The notes: a model not told the origin generated them from the sequence alone. Numbered from the stretch's first letter, positions 26,020-37,037 are shown. The stretch: 64,000 nucleotides of DNA from a virus (IMGVR_UViG_3300021256_001754:128001-192000), one strand, 5' to 3'. A program made the numbers and translations.

Positions 26020-28350
26020 TTACTTTGTAATCATATTAAGTTTAACCGAGATTTCTTCGATGGTCTTCTTAAGCTGTTTCTGAGTTCTTTCAAGTTCAGA
26101 AATCTTATCATAAGAGTCTTTAAGAGCTCTCTTAATATAAGGCATAAGAATATTAAGTTCCTGACCAGACTTAATATTAGCAAGTACATCTAAAGTTGTA
26201 CCTGTAGTGGCAAGATTCCATACAATCTTCTTTGTAGAGATATCAAGATCATGTAACTGATCTCCACTGATAAGTTCAACCGCTCTCTTTAGTCCAGCAA
26301 TATCAGTATTAAGAGCTGCACCAGACTTAATATTAGCCAATGCTTCCTGAGCTGTGATAGAAGTATTCTCTACAAATTTAACAGTCTTATTTGAAATATC
26401 ATCTGTCTGTTCTGTAAGCTCTATTGCTCTCTTAAGAGCTGCAATATTTGCAGACAATGAATTACCACTTAATACAGATTGTAAAGCAAGACTTCTTGTA
26501 GAAGCTTTATTTGGTTTAAATGCTACAGGTTTTGCTGATATATCAGCATTTGCTGGCATTTTGTTTTTATCAAGTAATAATATCGCCTGTTTTAATGCAC
26601 TTACAGCATCTGCTATTGCAATTCCGGTCTTTACAGAATTTCCTACTGTAGTGGCAGAGGTACCCTTTACATCTTTTAATATAAGTCCTTCTTTGTTGAT
26701 ATTTACAGGCTGAGGTATCTTCTTGTCTAATAACTCAATACCTCTCTTAAGATCTGCAACTATAACAGATAATTCTGTACCTGTTACAATCTTAGCCATT
26801 AACTTAGTTGGATCAGATGTAGACGAATCTGCATTTGTAAATGATACTCTTCCAGAACCTACATTTGAAAGAAGTTGTTTATTCTTATCATCTACAGTCT
26901 TTACTGTGTTATCAACTTTATCGTTTAATAACTCAATAGATCTCTTAAGAGATGCTACGATAGATTTAAGCTGCTTGCCAGATTTAGCATTTGTCTCAAC
27001 AGCTGCAACAGAAGTGGAGTTATCGTCGATATATTCTATAGTCATATTAGAAATATCTATCTCATGATCGATAAGCTCTATAGCTTTCTTAAGACCAGCA
27101 ATGATTGTTCCTAATGAGTTACCAGATTCAACTGTATTTAAAGCAGCCTTCTCTGTACTAGCATTAGATTCTTTGAATATAATATCTTTATAAGATATAT
27201 CTACTAAATCCGGAATAGCATTATCAACTTTCTTCCCTTCATTGGTTGATATATGTATCTGATTTTCTTGTAGAGTTTCTTCTGATCCCTGATATACACC
27301 TGACTTATCAATATCATCCATGATACTTCTAAGAGATGCATTAAGTTTACGTGCACCAAGAATAGCTGTCTCTTCTCCGTAGTCACTTGTATCATCTGTA
27401 AGCTCTATTGCTCTCTTAAGAGCACCAACAAGAATACCAAGCTCATCTGTCTGATCCACCTCGTCTAATGCATCTTCTTTTGTTTCTGCATAAGAAGGCA
27501 CATATTCAATCTCAGATTTGGTTACATTGATATTCTCTCCACCACCAATCTGTACAAGTTTGATAGCAGCTTTAAGACCTGATATGATATTTTTAAGTTT
27601 ATTTCCACTGCCAGCTTCATCTAAAGCTTCTTTAACTGTTTCTGCTTTAGATTCGTCGTAGGTTATAACTGAATTTCCTACATCTGTTGGAGATGGTGGA
27701 GTAGGACCAGGACCTGGAATCTCTTGTTCTACTAACTCAATAGCATTTTTAAGAGCTCCAATTACAACTCCTAATTCTTTACCAGCAGTTACATTTGCTA
27801 AGGCTTCTGATGCATCCTTATACTCATCTTCAACTACTTTAGAGAGTTTCTCTACAGCAATATCAATTCCTGTACCACCCTGCTCATAGGTGATCTTGAT
27901 AGCCTGTGTTAATGTACCAAGAACAATACTAAGCGACTCTTTCTCTGTAAGAGCAGCTAATGCTTCTTCTACAGTATCATATTTCTTGGTTTCTAAATCA
28001 GGCTGTACTTTCTCTTTACCGATATCTATAATTTGACCAGAACCAGAAGCAGTAAGCTCTATGGCTTTCTTAAGATTAGAGATAATAGTTTTTACATCAG
28101 CACCGGAAACGACCTTCTCGAGAGCTTCACTTAAAGTTTCAACTTCAGACTCTGAGAAATACAGTTCATCTGTAGATGTATCTCCAAGTCTATAAGGAAG
28201 ATCTTTATATTTAGTTTCACCATCACCATATTTGACTCTAATATTATCAGAATCATTTGGTGGTAATTCGATAAACAGTTCACCATATCCAAGAACTAAA
28301 TCAGGATTTGGATAACCTGTAGGAAAATCTTTAAAAATCGACGTTCTCAT
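26020..28350 (-). CDS. Fibre-like virion protein with an Mtd/hyaluronidase-type N-terminus and about 12 repeats of ~50 aa
   Basis: VLGYGELFIE...KYGDGETKYKDLPY, then repeated A(L)xxVxSGxxLxxIIAxLKRAIEL; coiled-coil end. Confidence 0.7.
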   Translation of the reverse strand: MRTSIFKDFPTGYPNPDLVLGYGELFIELPPNDSDNIRVKYGDGETKYKDLPYRLGDTSTDELYFSESEVETLSEALEKVVSGADVKTIISNLKKAIELTASGSGQIIDIGKEKVQPDLETKKYDTVEEALAALTEKESLSIVLGTLTQAIKITYEQGGTGIDIAVEKLSKVVEDEYKDASEALANVTAGKELGVVIGALKNAIELVEQEIPGPGPTPPSPTDVGNSVITYDESKAETVKEALDEAGSGNKLKNIISGLKAAIKLVQIGGGENINVTKSEIEYVPSYAETKEDALDEVDQTDELGILVGALKRAIELTDDTSDYGEETAILGARKLNASLRSIMDDIDKSGVYQGSEETLQENQIHISTNEGKKVDNAIPDLVDISYKDIIFKESNASTEKAALNTVESGNSLGTIIAGLKKAIELIDHEIDISNMTIEYIDDNSTSVAAVETNAKSGKQLKSIVASLKRSIELLNDKVDNTVKTVDDKNKQLLSNVGSGRVSFTNADSSTSDPTKLMAKIVTGTELSVIVADLKRGIELLDKKIPQPVNINKEGLILKDVKGTSATTVGNSVKTGIAIADAVSALKQAILLLDKNKMPANADISAKPVAFKPNKASTRSLALQSVLSGNSLSANIAALKRAIELTEQTDDISNKTVKFVENTSITAQEALANIKSGAALNTDIAGLKRAVELISGDQLHDLDISTKKIVWNLATTGTTLDVLANIKSGQELNILMPYIKRALKDSYDKISELERTQKQLKKTIEEISVKLNMITK

Positions 28351-28471
28351 TTATTCATTCCTCCTATAAATTTTCAGTACTTATATACTGTCTAATCTAG
28401 TTTGATTCATTATTGATATGTTTTTCGACAATCAATCTCAGTGAGATTAAATTCCCACTGAGAGTTATTTA

Positions 28472-28720
28472 TTACACTTTATACTTATCCAGCTTCTCTA
28501 TTAATCCACTTTTATTTATATAATCTTCATTTTCTGCTCGTATAACCAAAGTTAATTTTTTAGATAAATTTATAGAAAGAATTCCCATCAATGATTTTCC
28601 ATCTACAATATAATTACCATCGATAATATCAACGTCTATAGGCTGGTCTTCTACTAATGATATAAAAGAAACAACTCTATCCATACTATTAAATTTTATA
28701 GTGCTACTGTATTTAAACAT
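28472..28720 (-). CDS. HPr-family protein (Ser46 motif present, His15 absent)
   Basis: YIVDGKSLMGILSI; no His in the N-terminal region. Confidence 0.8.
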   Translation of the reverse strand: MFKYSSTIKFNSMDRVVSFISLVEDQPIDVDIIDGNYIVDGKSLMGILSINLSKKLTLVIRAENEDYINKSGLIEKLDKYKV

Positions 28721-28806
28721 AAAATCTCCTCCTAAAAATAATTTAGTTATTATTTATGTTTAATACAACACCGTGATAATTATTAAAGAATTCTGGAGGA
28801 ATTAAA

Positions 28807-28974
28807 ATGATTGTCTTAATATTTTCACTTTCATTATTTATATCTACATGTATAACTTTTTTATCTATTTTTGTCTTTACCAAGATAATAAAGAAAGTTG
28901 ATACAGCTGTATTTATTACACTTGCAATATTGATAGTACTATTATCATTTTCGTTTACTGCAAATTTTATATAA
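28807..28974 (+). CDS. Small two-TM membrane protein (55 aa, not in the ORF track)
   Basis: GGAGG RBS; AACA-N6-TA upstream; MIVLIFSLSLFIST...FTANFI*. Confidence 0.65.
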   Translation: MIVLIFSLSLFISTCITFLSIFVFTKIIKKVDTAVFITLAILIVLLSFSFTANFI

Positions 28975-29014
28975 TAAAAATTACCCGTAGGAGTTATATC
29001 CTACGGGATATATT

Positions 29015-29653
29015 TTAAGAATCCATAATTTTCATAGCTTTAATTTTCTTCTGTAGAATTTCTATATCAGCCATTAATCTATTGCAATAAGATATCATCT
29101 TTACCTTATATCCATTTAATGGTTCTAATCCAAGATCTGATTTCTTATAAGCTTTCATATCCTGAGATAATCCTTTTATTGCATTTACAATACCAGCAAA
29201 TTCATTACTATTATCTCCACTAATAGCATTATTAATAGAAATGCCAGTAACAGCTATTTTACCAGCAACAGTTTTACTTATAGTAGCACCAAGAACAATA
29301 GTCAGAACAGGTATTGTAACTTGTACTGCTGATATAACTACAGCTAAACAAGTACCCATAACAGATTCACTAGGAGCTGAATTAATTTTAGATATTTCTG
29401 TTTTCATATTAGCCACTATAGGTTTCATATTACGAGCATGTTTTGCTGCTTCATTGTATTTCTTTTCTTTTATACATCTCTTACATTCTTTTGCTTCTTC
29501 TGTATATTGTTTTCTAAATTCTATAAATATTTTAGTAATATCTACATTTGCATCCTCTGATAACAACTGTGGTATATTATCAAATTTATCAAGTATAGAA
29601 TTTAACTCCATTAAGTCGTTATACTCTTCAGTAATATCTATCATATAATCCAT
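29015..29653 (-). CDS. Hypothetical, probable virion head protein
   Basis: 212 aa; acidic N-terminus with possible xxE cleavage sites. Confidence 0.6.
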   Translation of the reverse strand: MDYMIDITEEYNDLMELNSILDKFDNIPQLLSEDANVDITKIFIEFRKQYTEEAKECKRCIKEKKYNEAAKHARNMKPIVANMKTEISKINSAPSESVMGTCLAVVISAVQVTIPVLTIVLGATISKTVAGKIAVTGISINNAISGDNSNEFAGIVNAIKGLSQDMKAYKKSDLGLEPLNGYKVKMISYCNRLMADIEILQKKIKAMKIMDS

Positions 29654-29704
29654 AATTTTACCTCATATATTTTTATAACAAAATTAATTATTAATTGAAT
29701 GTGA

Positions 29705-29950
29705 TTGTGTTATGGTGTTATATACAAGAATCATTATTATTATTATTATTATACCGATTGTGATCCAAATGATCTAGAGAACTTGTATGGTAATTATTAT
29801 TGGCATGAGCTTTTGATAAAGAGAGGGGTAATACCTTGTGAAGATTTACCAGTTGAATACTTATTTCCTAAAGAAGCTCCACGTTTTAAAAGACGTAATA
29901 AAGACTTTATGCATAATGGTACTTATTTCTGCAAGTTTCAGGATAGGTAA
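29705..29950 (+). CDS. Hypothetical protein with a poly-Tyr tract
   Basis: (TAT)6 run; start uncertain. Confidence 0.4.
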   Translation: MCYGVIYKNHYYYYYYTDCDPNDLENLYGNYYWHELLIKRGVIPCEDLPVEYLFPKEAPRFKRRNKDFMHNGTYFCKFQDR

Positions 29951-30051
29951 TTCATAAAAAGAGAGAGGAGACTATTATGTCTCCTCTCCATCTATTATTT
30001 TTCAATAATAAATCAAGTATTTTTAAGTACTTGCTTTAAGCTGCACTTATA

Positions 30052-31809
30052 TTATACAACTGCTCTCTGTGCATCCTTGTTAAGAATACGTGCACGAGAC
30101 TGAACCGGCTGATACTCCATAGGAAGCCATCTCTCAAAGGCATGTATACTTGGTAAGGCGGGATTGCTGATATTTCTAATCTCGTTAGAAACATAGAGCT
30201 GGTAATCATAGATTCTGTAGATAATACGCTCACTGTTATGAGGATTGATCAGAATGATAAGCTCATCTGTGTTACGAAGTTTATCAGAACCGATGAAGTT
30301 GTAAACTCTTCTATCAGACATATTGCAGATTGTCTGTGTATAGTCAAGAGTTACAGGTCCGATCTGTGCCGGTGCTGTGTAGCTATACTCCTTAGGAGTA
30401 ATCTTTCTGATTACAAGAGGATCGCCGAATACTGTGAATGTCATATTAGGATCGTTGAGAACCATAAGCATCTTAGATGTAAGAGCATCGAACCAATCCA
30501 TGAACTGGTGCTGACGATACTCTACAGCAGTAAGAGCGTACTCTGCAGGCGGTGCGAAATCGAACTCGTCGTAGAAGCTGTTTCTCTCATCCAGTCTCTT
30601 ATAAGAATCATCCAGGAACTCATGAATCTTATCATCCTTGTAGTTAGACATAACTGTCTTGAACATAGCAAGGTGCTTTGTAAGCTGGTTAACGTTGTAA
30701 AGAGCAGCGATATCCTTAACTTCGTTAGGAGATATTGTTGTATTGATAGGAGGAGCTGAAGGGATCTCAATGAGATCTGTATCAACCTTCCACATTGTGT
30801 GGCAAGTCTCAAGCATAGCAGATGAAGAATCAAGCTTAGCCTGAAGTCTTACCTTAGCAACAACACCCTTCATATCGATGATATTGAAGAGGTTCTTATT
30901 CATTGTACCGGAAATAACGATTTCCTTAGTAACAACTGCACCAGTTGCATCTCTGAATGAAGCAGTAAGCGGCTTTGTGCAAATACGATCAAAGTGATGT
31001 GGTCCACCATAGTTAGGAAGGAACTTAATATCTGTACGGAACCAGATATCTGTTGTTACATCCTCTGTAGCGATCTTTGCCATCTCAGGTCTTCCGCCTA
31101 CATAACCTTCCTCATCTGGAAGTGCATCGCCCTCTTTGATCAGAGCGTTCTTAATCTGAATTCCGACGATACGAGCATTGATATCAATGTTATCAAGTGC
31201 TGTGCCGCCGAAGTATGTTGTAACGATATCAGTATCTTCTGTTACAGGAAGAGTGAGCTCGATTGTCTTAACAGGGTTCGTTGAATCGATAGCCTCTGTC
31301 ATCTTGTTCTGCTCATAGAACATATCGATCTCTGTTCCATCCGGCTTAACCAGGATACGTCTCTCAAGAGAGATAGGGAACTTATTTGACTGTGCAGTAA
31401 CCTTCTGGATACCACCCTTGTCGAATACGTTATTCATAAGAATAAGCTTATGGATTGGCAGTGCCATACCGATCATCGGTGAATAGTCAGCCGGAGCTGC
31501 ATGCTCGTTCATAGCTTCGATGTCGTTATCGAACTGAGCCTCTGCCTCTTCCTTAAGATCTTCGATATCTTCTGCATCAAGGTTTTTATTTGAAAAATCA
31601 TACATGTTCTCTGTAAAGAACTTCTTCATATGATTCTTGGAAGCTCCTCTACGAAGAACCTTCTTAGGCTCCTCAAATATATCGAGCTGATCTTCTGTTA
31701 AGATAGCCTTAGCTGTTTCTGTAAAGGCCTTCGCAAAAGCGTAGTTCGGATCTTTACGATAAGAATTTCCAGCATTAGCATAGCTTTTCTGTCTTTCGCC
31801 AACTAACAT
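30052..31809 (-). CDS. Major capsid protein (jumbo-phage type)
   Basis: 585 aa; strong high-expression codon bias; AAGGAGG RBS; late promoter; close to the prohead protease gene. Confidence 0.75.
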   Translation of the reverse strand: MLVGERQKSYANAGNSYRKDPNYAFAKAFTETAKAILTEDQLDIFEEPKKVLRRGASKNHMKKFFTENMYDFSNKNLDAEDIEDLKEEAEAQFDNDIEAMNEHAAPADYSPMIGMALPIHKLILMNNVFDKGGIQKVTAQSNKFPISLERRILVKPDGTEIDMFYEQNKMTEAIDSTNPVKTIELTLPVTEDTDIVTTYFGGTALDNIDINARIVGIQIKNALIKEGDALPDEEGYVGGRPEMAKIATEDVTTDIWFRTDIKFLPNYGGPHHFDRICTKPLTASFRDATGAVVTKEIVISGTMNKNLFNIIDMKGVVAKVRLQAKLDSSSAMLETCHTMWKVDTDLIEIPSAPPINTTISPNEVKDIAALYNVNQLTKHLAMFKTVMSNYKDDKIHEFLDDSYKRLDERNSFYDEFDFAPPAEYALTAVEYRQHQFMDWFDALTSKMLMVLNDPNMTFTVFGDPLVIRKITPKEYSYTAPAQIGPVTLDYTQTICNMSDRRVYNFIGSDKLRNTDELIILINPHNSERIIYRIYDYQLYVSNEIRNISNPALPSIHAFERWLPMEYQPVQSRARILNKDAQRAVV

Positions 31810-31922
31810 GGTTGTATTCCTCCTTATATGTAATTAAATATCATTTCGGGTTGTATCTTAGAATATATTATGGGATAAATAGATTTAGTTTACATGCTTT
31901 TCGCAAATCGTTCTAAACTATT

Positions 31923-31934
31923 TACTTCTATGTT
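31923..31934 (-). promoter_or_regulatory. Late promoter AACA-N6-TA (representative copy)
   Basis: AACATAGAAGTA upstream of the capsid gene; ACA-N6-TA also at 6717, 16051, 21785, 24025, 25439, 35297, 35337, 44710, 44951, 51043, 54367, 55557, 61860 and 63767. Confidence 0.7.
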
Positions 31935-32051
31935 ATTTCTTACCTATTGTACTGGTAGAAAAATGTAGTATAAATACACATTTTATACCCGTATAATTCC
32001 TATAAAACAATAAAAATTCCCAGTAGGAATTATATCCTACTGGGTATTAAT

Positions 32052-32762
32052 TTAGTTTTTATTTGTATTATTTGGATCGTATGATTTATCTATTGCAATC
32101 AATACTTTCTTTACACTATTAAGCATTGCTATATTTGTATAATATGCTTCCTTATTCTCAAAATATCCTTTAGAGTCATAAAGATCGAATAAGTAGTCAT
32201 ATATATTCTGCTTAATCTGATATAGTATAGTAACAGTTCTTTTCAACTGTGGAGATACAGACTGAATATCAGAACCTATATTATTTATCTTCTCAATTAT
32301 AGAATTACAGTTGTTGTAAAGATTCTTGAATTGAGTTTTCAATTCTTTATTCTTTACTCTCTGCTCTGCTGGAGATAATACAGAGAATATTTCTTTCTCT
32401 TTATCCAATATAGATTTCTGTTTAGACTCGTCGTTCTGATTATCCTCTTCTGCAGATGGTTCTTCATCTCCACCACCAGAATCAAGACCACTACCAGAAC
32501 TATCATCGTCACCATTATCTTCTTCTCCACCTTCAACATCTTCGTCACCGGTATCGTCCGATGCATCTATAGAAAAGTCTGAATCTGATGGTTCATCCTC
32601 ATCGTCTCCTTCGTCGTCATCTCCGCCTTCTGTATTATCATTTTCTGCAGTGGTATTTTCATCTCCACCACCAGCAGCATTATCTGTATTAGCATTAGTA
32701 GATGTATCAGCAGATGTTCCACCTTCATCTCCTTCTGCTTCCCATATAAATCTCTTTCTCAT
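32052..32762 (-). CDS. Very acidic head/scaffold-like protein
   Basis: D/E-rich N-terminal half and helical C-terminal half; directly upstream of the capsid gene. Confidence 0.6.
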   Translation of the reverse strand: MRKRFIWEAEGDEGGTSADTSTNANTDNAAGGGDENTTAENDNTEGGDDDEGDDEDEPSDSDFSIDASDDTGDEDVEGGEEDNGDDDSSGSGLDSGGGDEEPSAEEDNQNDESKQKSILDKEKEIFSVLSPAEQRVKNKELKTQFKNLYNNCNSIIEKINNIGSDIQSVSPQLKRTVTILYQIKQNIYDYLFDLYDSKGYFENKEAYYTNIAMLNSVKKVLIAIDKSYDPNNTNKN

Positions 32763-32774
32763 ATATAATCTCCT

Positions 32775-35264
32775 TTAGTTGTTATCCAAATCTGGAACTC
32801 CGAATCCTGAAGGAATTACATTCTTTCCAAGTTTAACATTGAGCTTTATTCTCTGGTAAGTTCTCTGAAGCTGTTTCTTTGTCATAAGAAGAGCTCTCTG
32901 TTTCTTTATCTGTCCTCTGTTCTCTGCATTCTGAAGCTCTTTATCTACAATCTGTAATTCAACTTCTATTTCATCCAGCATATCAAGTTTAACCTTTCTG
33001 TCTATATGCTTAGAAACAGCTATTGAACCAAATATAGCAATAGCACCAGCAACAGGATTTATAGCTGTAATAATACCACCAGTTACAGCATACTTTATAC
33101 ACTTAGAGAATGATGGTATAACTTGTCCTTTGATAACAGCTTCTCTTCTATCGCCAATAATAGCATTCTGAGCAGATTTAGCAAAATGTCTAAATTGTGC
33201 ATCAACCTGTCTAGCCTTATTAGCTTCTTTAGCAGATAAATCTTTTATCTTCTTACCAAATCCTCTTAAAGTAAGATCAAAATTAACCAATGCATTCTTT
33301 ATAGGGTGAGAGTCAGAATTACCCGCCGGATTCTTTCCTTTACTATCTTCTGATTTACCAGTATCCTTTACAGCCTTAGCTTTCTTAGTAGCATTAGATT
33401 TAAGCTTTTTACTTAAAGCCTTGGCATCTTTAGCTTCTCTAAGAATATCATGCATGGTAGATACAGCTTCCATCTGTATTGACAAAGGAGCATTCTGTGG
33501 TTCATATTCACATGCTGTATTACATACAGACTCAGATATGAAATTAACCTCAGATTTATCCATATTAGCATAAGAACAACACTCGATAAATCTTTCAAAT
33601 AATTCCTTATTATCAGGATCTTCATCTATCGCATCTTCAAAAGTAGCGATTACATCATAAGGATCCATATTACATGAATGATCTTCAGCTATAGATGAAA
33701 GTTTACTTATCAACAAACTATCCTCTTCTGTGATATAATTCTCCCATTGGATTTTCTCCTCATTGGTAAGATCAATTCTTGCATCCTGCCTCATATGAAT
33801 ATCTATCATCCGATTCTCATTTATGGTATAATAAGCACGAAATTTAAGCAGGTTTATAGAACTATTATAATTCTCAATCAATTTCTCTATATGGTCAATG
33901 ATCTTATTATCGCAGAGAGAAACATCATAGCTGCTAACTGTAAAGTCAACACAGCCCTCGTTATCTATCATAGAATAAGAATCTATATTAGAAAAATCTT
34001 TCTCAATTATTGGTCGTAAACCAGTACTAGATTCTATATACTCTTTCAAAGAAATTGATTCTTTTAAAAGATTTAATTTGAGTCCAGTAGATTCAAATAA
34101 TGGAAGAGAAATAAATGGTGCAAATTTAACAAATGCATTCTCACAATCTCTATTCTTCCAAGAAGTAATATAAGAAGCAGCTTCTGTAATTGCCTTATCT
34201 AATTCCTGTAGTCCGACAATATATCCAGCCATAGCTTCCTGCATAGCATTATTATCATGATCTATAAGATTCTTAATCTCTGAAGTTGCTCTTGTTATCT
34301 TATTAGACACAGCTTCTTTTAGACCAATAAGATTTTCTTTGAATCTTTTATCTTTTGAAAGTTCACAATTATAGATACTATCTATAAAAGTATTCATTTC
34401 TAATATAGCCTGTTGTTTATCTATACTACCAGATATAATCTGATTCTCTACAAAATCCAAATATCTACTTGTAGATGGTATAAAATCAAATGGACATACA
34501 TTTGTTGCTAATTCTGCTAAATGCTTTACATCTATATCCTTCTTTAAACCATAGATATAGATATCTATTGGTAGATTTTTATTAAATTCATATTCCTCAG
34601 ATAATACATCCTTCATACCATAGCTTATAAACCTTCTGGTCTTATCCGACATAGGCTGTGTAGAATAATATCCTAAGACAGATTCTATTATAGTATTATA
34701 GTTATAAGACACACCATGTTTATCCAGCAGATAAAAAGCTTCCTCTATACTTACAACTACTTTACCATGGAGTGGTACTCTTAGCTTATCAACAAATTCA
34801 GCAATTTTTATTGCTGAAAATGATGGGTCTAATGTATTGGCAATAAAATCATCCAGCTTACCAGATTTATTTATAATCTCGTCATTATCAATCACTCTAT
34901 CGATAGCCATATTACGAGTTATCTGATCTTGTATAGCTTTCACATCCAGATCATCTATACTTTTTAATCCATCTATCAGAGAAATATCTTCTGATTCCAT
35001 TACAGGAACTATATATCTCTCAAATAAATCAATCATCTTCTTATTTGGATAAGCTTTTATCATGTTTATTGCCAATGGTTTATGTGATTTACATATTTCC
35101 GGAGAAACACACATTTTCTCCATAAGATTCTCGACATTAGACTGGGATTTATCAATTTTATAAAAATCTAAAGCTCTATTAAAATTACTCTTTTCTGAAC
35201 TTGTAGCTTTGGATTCTCTAAGCTGTTTCCGACGATATATATCGTCGTAATTATACAATCTCAT
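32775..35264 (-). CDS. Large virion structural protein
   Basis: Start MRLYNY with AGGAGG RBS; late promoter at 35297. Confidence 0.65.
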   Translation of the reverse strand: MRLYNYDDIYRRKQLRESKATSSEKSNFNRALDFYKIDKSQSNVENLMEKMCVSPEICKSHKPLAINMIKAYPNKKMIDLFERYIVPVMESEDISLIDGLKSIDDLDVKAIQDQITRNMAIDRVIDNDEIINKSGKLDDFIANTLDPSFSAIKIAEFVDKLRVPLHGKVVVSIEEAFYLLDKHGVSYNYNTIIESVLGYYSTQPMSDKTRRFISYGMKDVLSEEYEFNKNLPIDIYIYGLKKDIDVKHLAELATNVCPFDFIPSTSRYLDFVENQIISGSIDKQQAILEMNTFIDSIYNCELSKDKRFKENLIGLKEAVSNKITRATSEIKNLIDHDNNAMQEAMAGYIVGLQELDKAITEAASYITSWKNRDCENAFVKFAPFISLPLFESTGLKLNLLKESISLKEYIESSTGLRPIIEKDFSNIDSYSMIDNEGCVDFTVSSYDVSLCDNKIIDHIEKLIENYNSSINLLKFRAYYTINENRMIDIHMRQDARIDLTNEEKIQWENYITEEDSLLISKLSSIAEDHSCNMDPYDVIATFEDAIDEDPDNKELFERFIECCSYANMDKSEVNFISESVCNTACEYEPQNAPLSIQMEAVSTMHDILREAKDAKALSKKLKSNATKKAKAVKDTGKSEDSKGKNPAGNSDSHPIKNALVNFDLTLRGFGKKIKDLSAKEANKARQVDAQFRHFAKSAQNAIIGDRREAVIKGQVIPSFSKCIKYAVTGGIITAINPVAGAIAIFGSIAVSKHIDRKVKLDMLDEIEVELQIVDKELQNAENRGQIKKQRALLMTKKQLQRTYQRIKLNVKLGKNVIPSGFGVPDLDNN

Positions 35265-35398
35265 ATAAGACCTCCTATAAAAATAGCCCTTTGATTTAAT
35301 AAAATGTTTCCCCTCCTGTATAATGTTGTAAAGCGGAACATCTTTATAAATTAGCATTATAGCTATTGAATTTCTTTACGAAAGGAGTAGAGTTATAT

Positions 35399-36217
35399 AT
35401 GGAATTCAAAAAACTTGGTTATATTATAAACGAGTCTGCTATAACTGGATTCGAGAATACCAATATAGTAAAAGAAGAAAATGGACGACTTATAGCCGAA
35501 GGAATTCTTCAGACAGCGGATGAAAAGAACCGTAATGGACGTATATATCCTAAGTCGGAGTTATTCCCTCAGCTTAGATCACCTAGAACTCTTGAATTAC
35601 TAGAAGCTGGTTATTTGAGAGCAGAATTAGGACATCCTCTAAGCACTCAGTTGACAAGACAGCAGGTTATCGATGATTCCCGTACATGTGCCCAGTTCTT
35701 AAAATTATGGACGGAGGGAGATAATGTATGGGGGAGATTTAGAGGTACTAATAATGCCTTCGGTGAATCTTTTGATAAAGATTTAAGAGATGGCTGTAAA
35801 CCAGCTTGGTCTTTAAGAGGCTTAGGTACATTAGTGCAGACTCCACGAGGAGCAGAAGTACATAATCTAAATATAATTACATGGGATAATGTAATTTATC
35901 CAAGTCATCCTGCAGCATATACACAGAGAATTGTAACGGAAAATGCAGCTATGTTTGCTGGTGTAGATGGAATGGGTGGAACAGATGAAGCTCGTCTTAT
36001 TCCTTATAACACACAGGACGTAGTTAGCTATATCAAATCAGAATCAGCTAATCTTAAATACATCAAGGAGTGTTTCGATTTCGCTTACGATAATATTATC
36101 GTAGATGAGAATGCAGATAAAGTTACCCTTACATGTAATAACGGTGACGTTCTTGTAATTAATCTTGAGAAGTATATCACTAGAGAGATTCAGAATGCTT
36201 CTTCTTTATTAGTTTAA
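35399..36217 (+). CDS. Prohead core (maturation) protease, T4 gp21-like
   Basis: NRNGRIYP, ELGHP (catalytic His), WSLRGLG (catalytic Ser), TWDNVIYPS. Confidence 0.9.
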   Translation: MEFKKLGYIINESAITGFENTNIVKEENGRLIAEGILQTADEKNRNGRIYPKSELFPQLRSPRTLELLEAGYLRAELGHPLSTQLTRQQVIDDSRTCAQFLKLWTEGDNVWGRFRGTNNAFGESFDKDLRDGCKPAWSLRGLGTLVQTPRGAEVHNLNIITWDNVIYPSHPAAYTQRIVTENAAMFAGVDGMGGTDEARLIPYNTQDVVSYIKSESANLKYIKECFDFAYDNIIVDENADKVTLTCNNGDVLVINLEKYITREIQNASSLLV

Positions 36218-36239
36218 GTCTATATAAGGAGGTGATTTG

Positions 36240-37037
36240 ATGGCTGGACCTGTTAATGATATTGCTAAATTGCTTGATAAAATTGAGCGTAGATTAGGGT
36301 TAACCACATTAGTTCCTCATTTACCTAAAGAATTTGGAAAAGATGCATGGGCTACTGTAATTGAGGAGGATACTCTTGTTACTTTTTCTAGATATTTTCC
36401 TCAAAAGATACCATTCGTTATAAATAGCGAAACTGCTTATAAAAAACGTGACCGTGATAAGAAAATGTATTATTACATAAAGGATGAATATCTTAATGGA
36501 GTTAAACTATTAGGTGTTAAAGATATAGATTGGCAAGATACAAGTTCCGATAATATATCTATAGGACAAACCGCTGGTTATGGATACTATACTCCAACCT
36601 ATGGTGGAATGGAAGACACCCTTAATTCATTCTTAGAATTTCAAAATGCAGCTGATACAAATAGCTTATATAATAACCAGATATTTGTAGAGTTTACTTA
36701 TCCTAATAAGTTATGGATCGGTAGAGCTGGAAATGTCGAAGTTAATCTACCAAGTTTCGTTGTAGAACTATTAGTACAACATACAAATCTTCAAACAATA
36801 TCACCTACAATGATGGAAACATTTGAAGCGTTGGCTCAGGCTGATATCGCAAGATTCTTATATATGAATCTACGTTTCTATGATCAGTTAGAGACTGTAT
36901 ATGTCTCTATTGATCTTAAACTTAGTGAATTGCAAGATGAAGCTAGTAAGAGAGACAGTATAATAGATACACTGAAAGAATCTTATGTATCTGCTTCTAA
37001 TGATGCAATTCCTTACATTATTACTACTTCGGGCTAA
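36240..37037 (+). CDS. Virion structural protein (possibly head completion/neck)
   Basis: Co-transcribed with the protease; AAGGAGGTG RBS; function inferred from context. Confidence 0.55.
   Translation: MAGPVNDIAKLLDKIERRLGLTTLVPHLPKEFGKDAWATVIEEDTLVTFSRYFPQKIPFVINSETAYKKRDRDKKMYYYIKDEYLNGVKLLGVKDIDWQDTSSDNISIGQTAGYGYYTPTYGGMEDTLNSFLEFQNAADTNSLYNNQIFVEFTYPNKLWIGRAGNVEVNLPSFVVELLVQHTNLQTISPTMMETFEALAQADIARFLYMNLRFYDQLETVYVSIDLKLSELQDEASKRDSIIDTLKESYVSASNDAIPYIITTSG

Noticed and set aside
29733-29752. (TAT)n run as a phase-variation switch
   Set aside because: A triplet repeat does not shift frame, and the ORF itself is weakly supported.
30036-31284. Overlapping ORFs inside the capsid gene, and similar ones inside 26020-28350, 45997-46950 and 54462-55472
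   Set aside because: Antisense or alternative-frame shadows caused by strong codon bias; no RBS.
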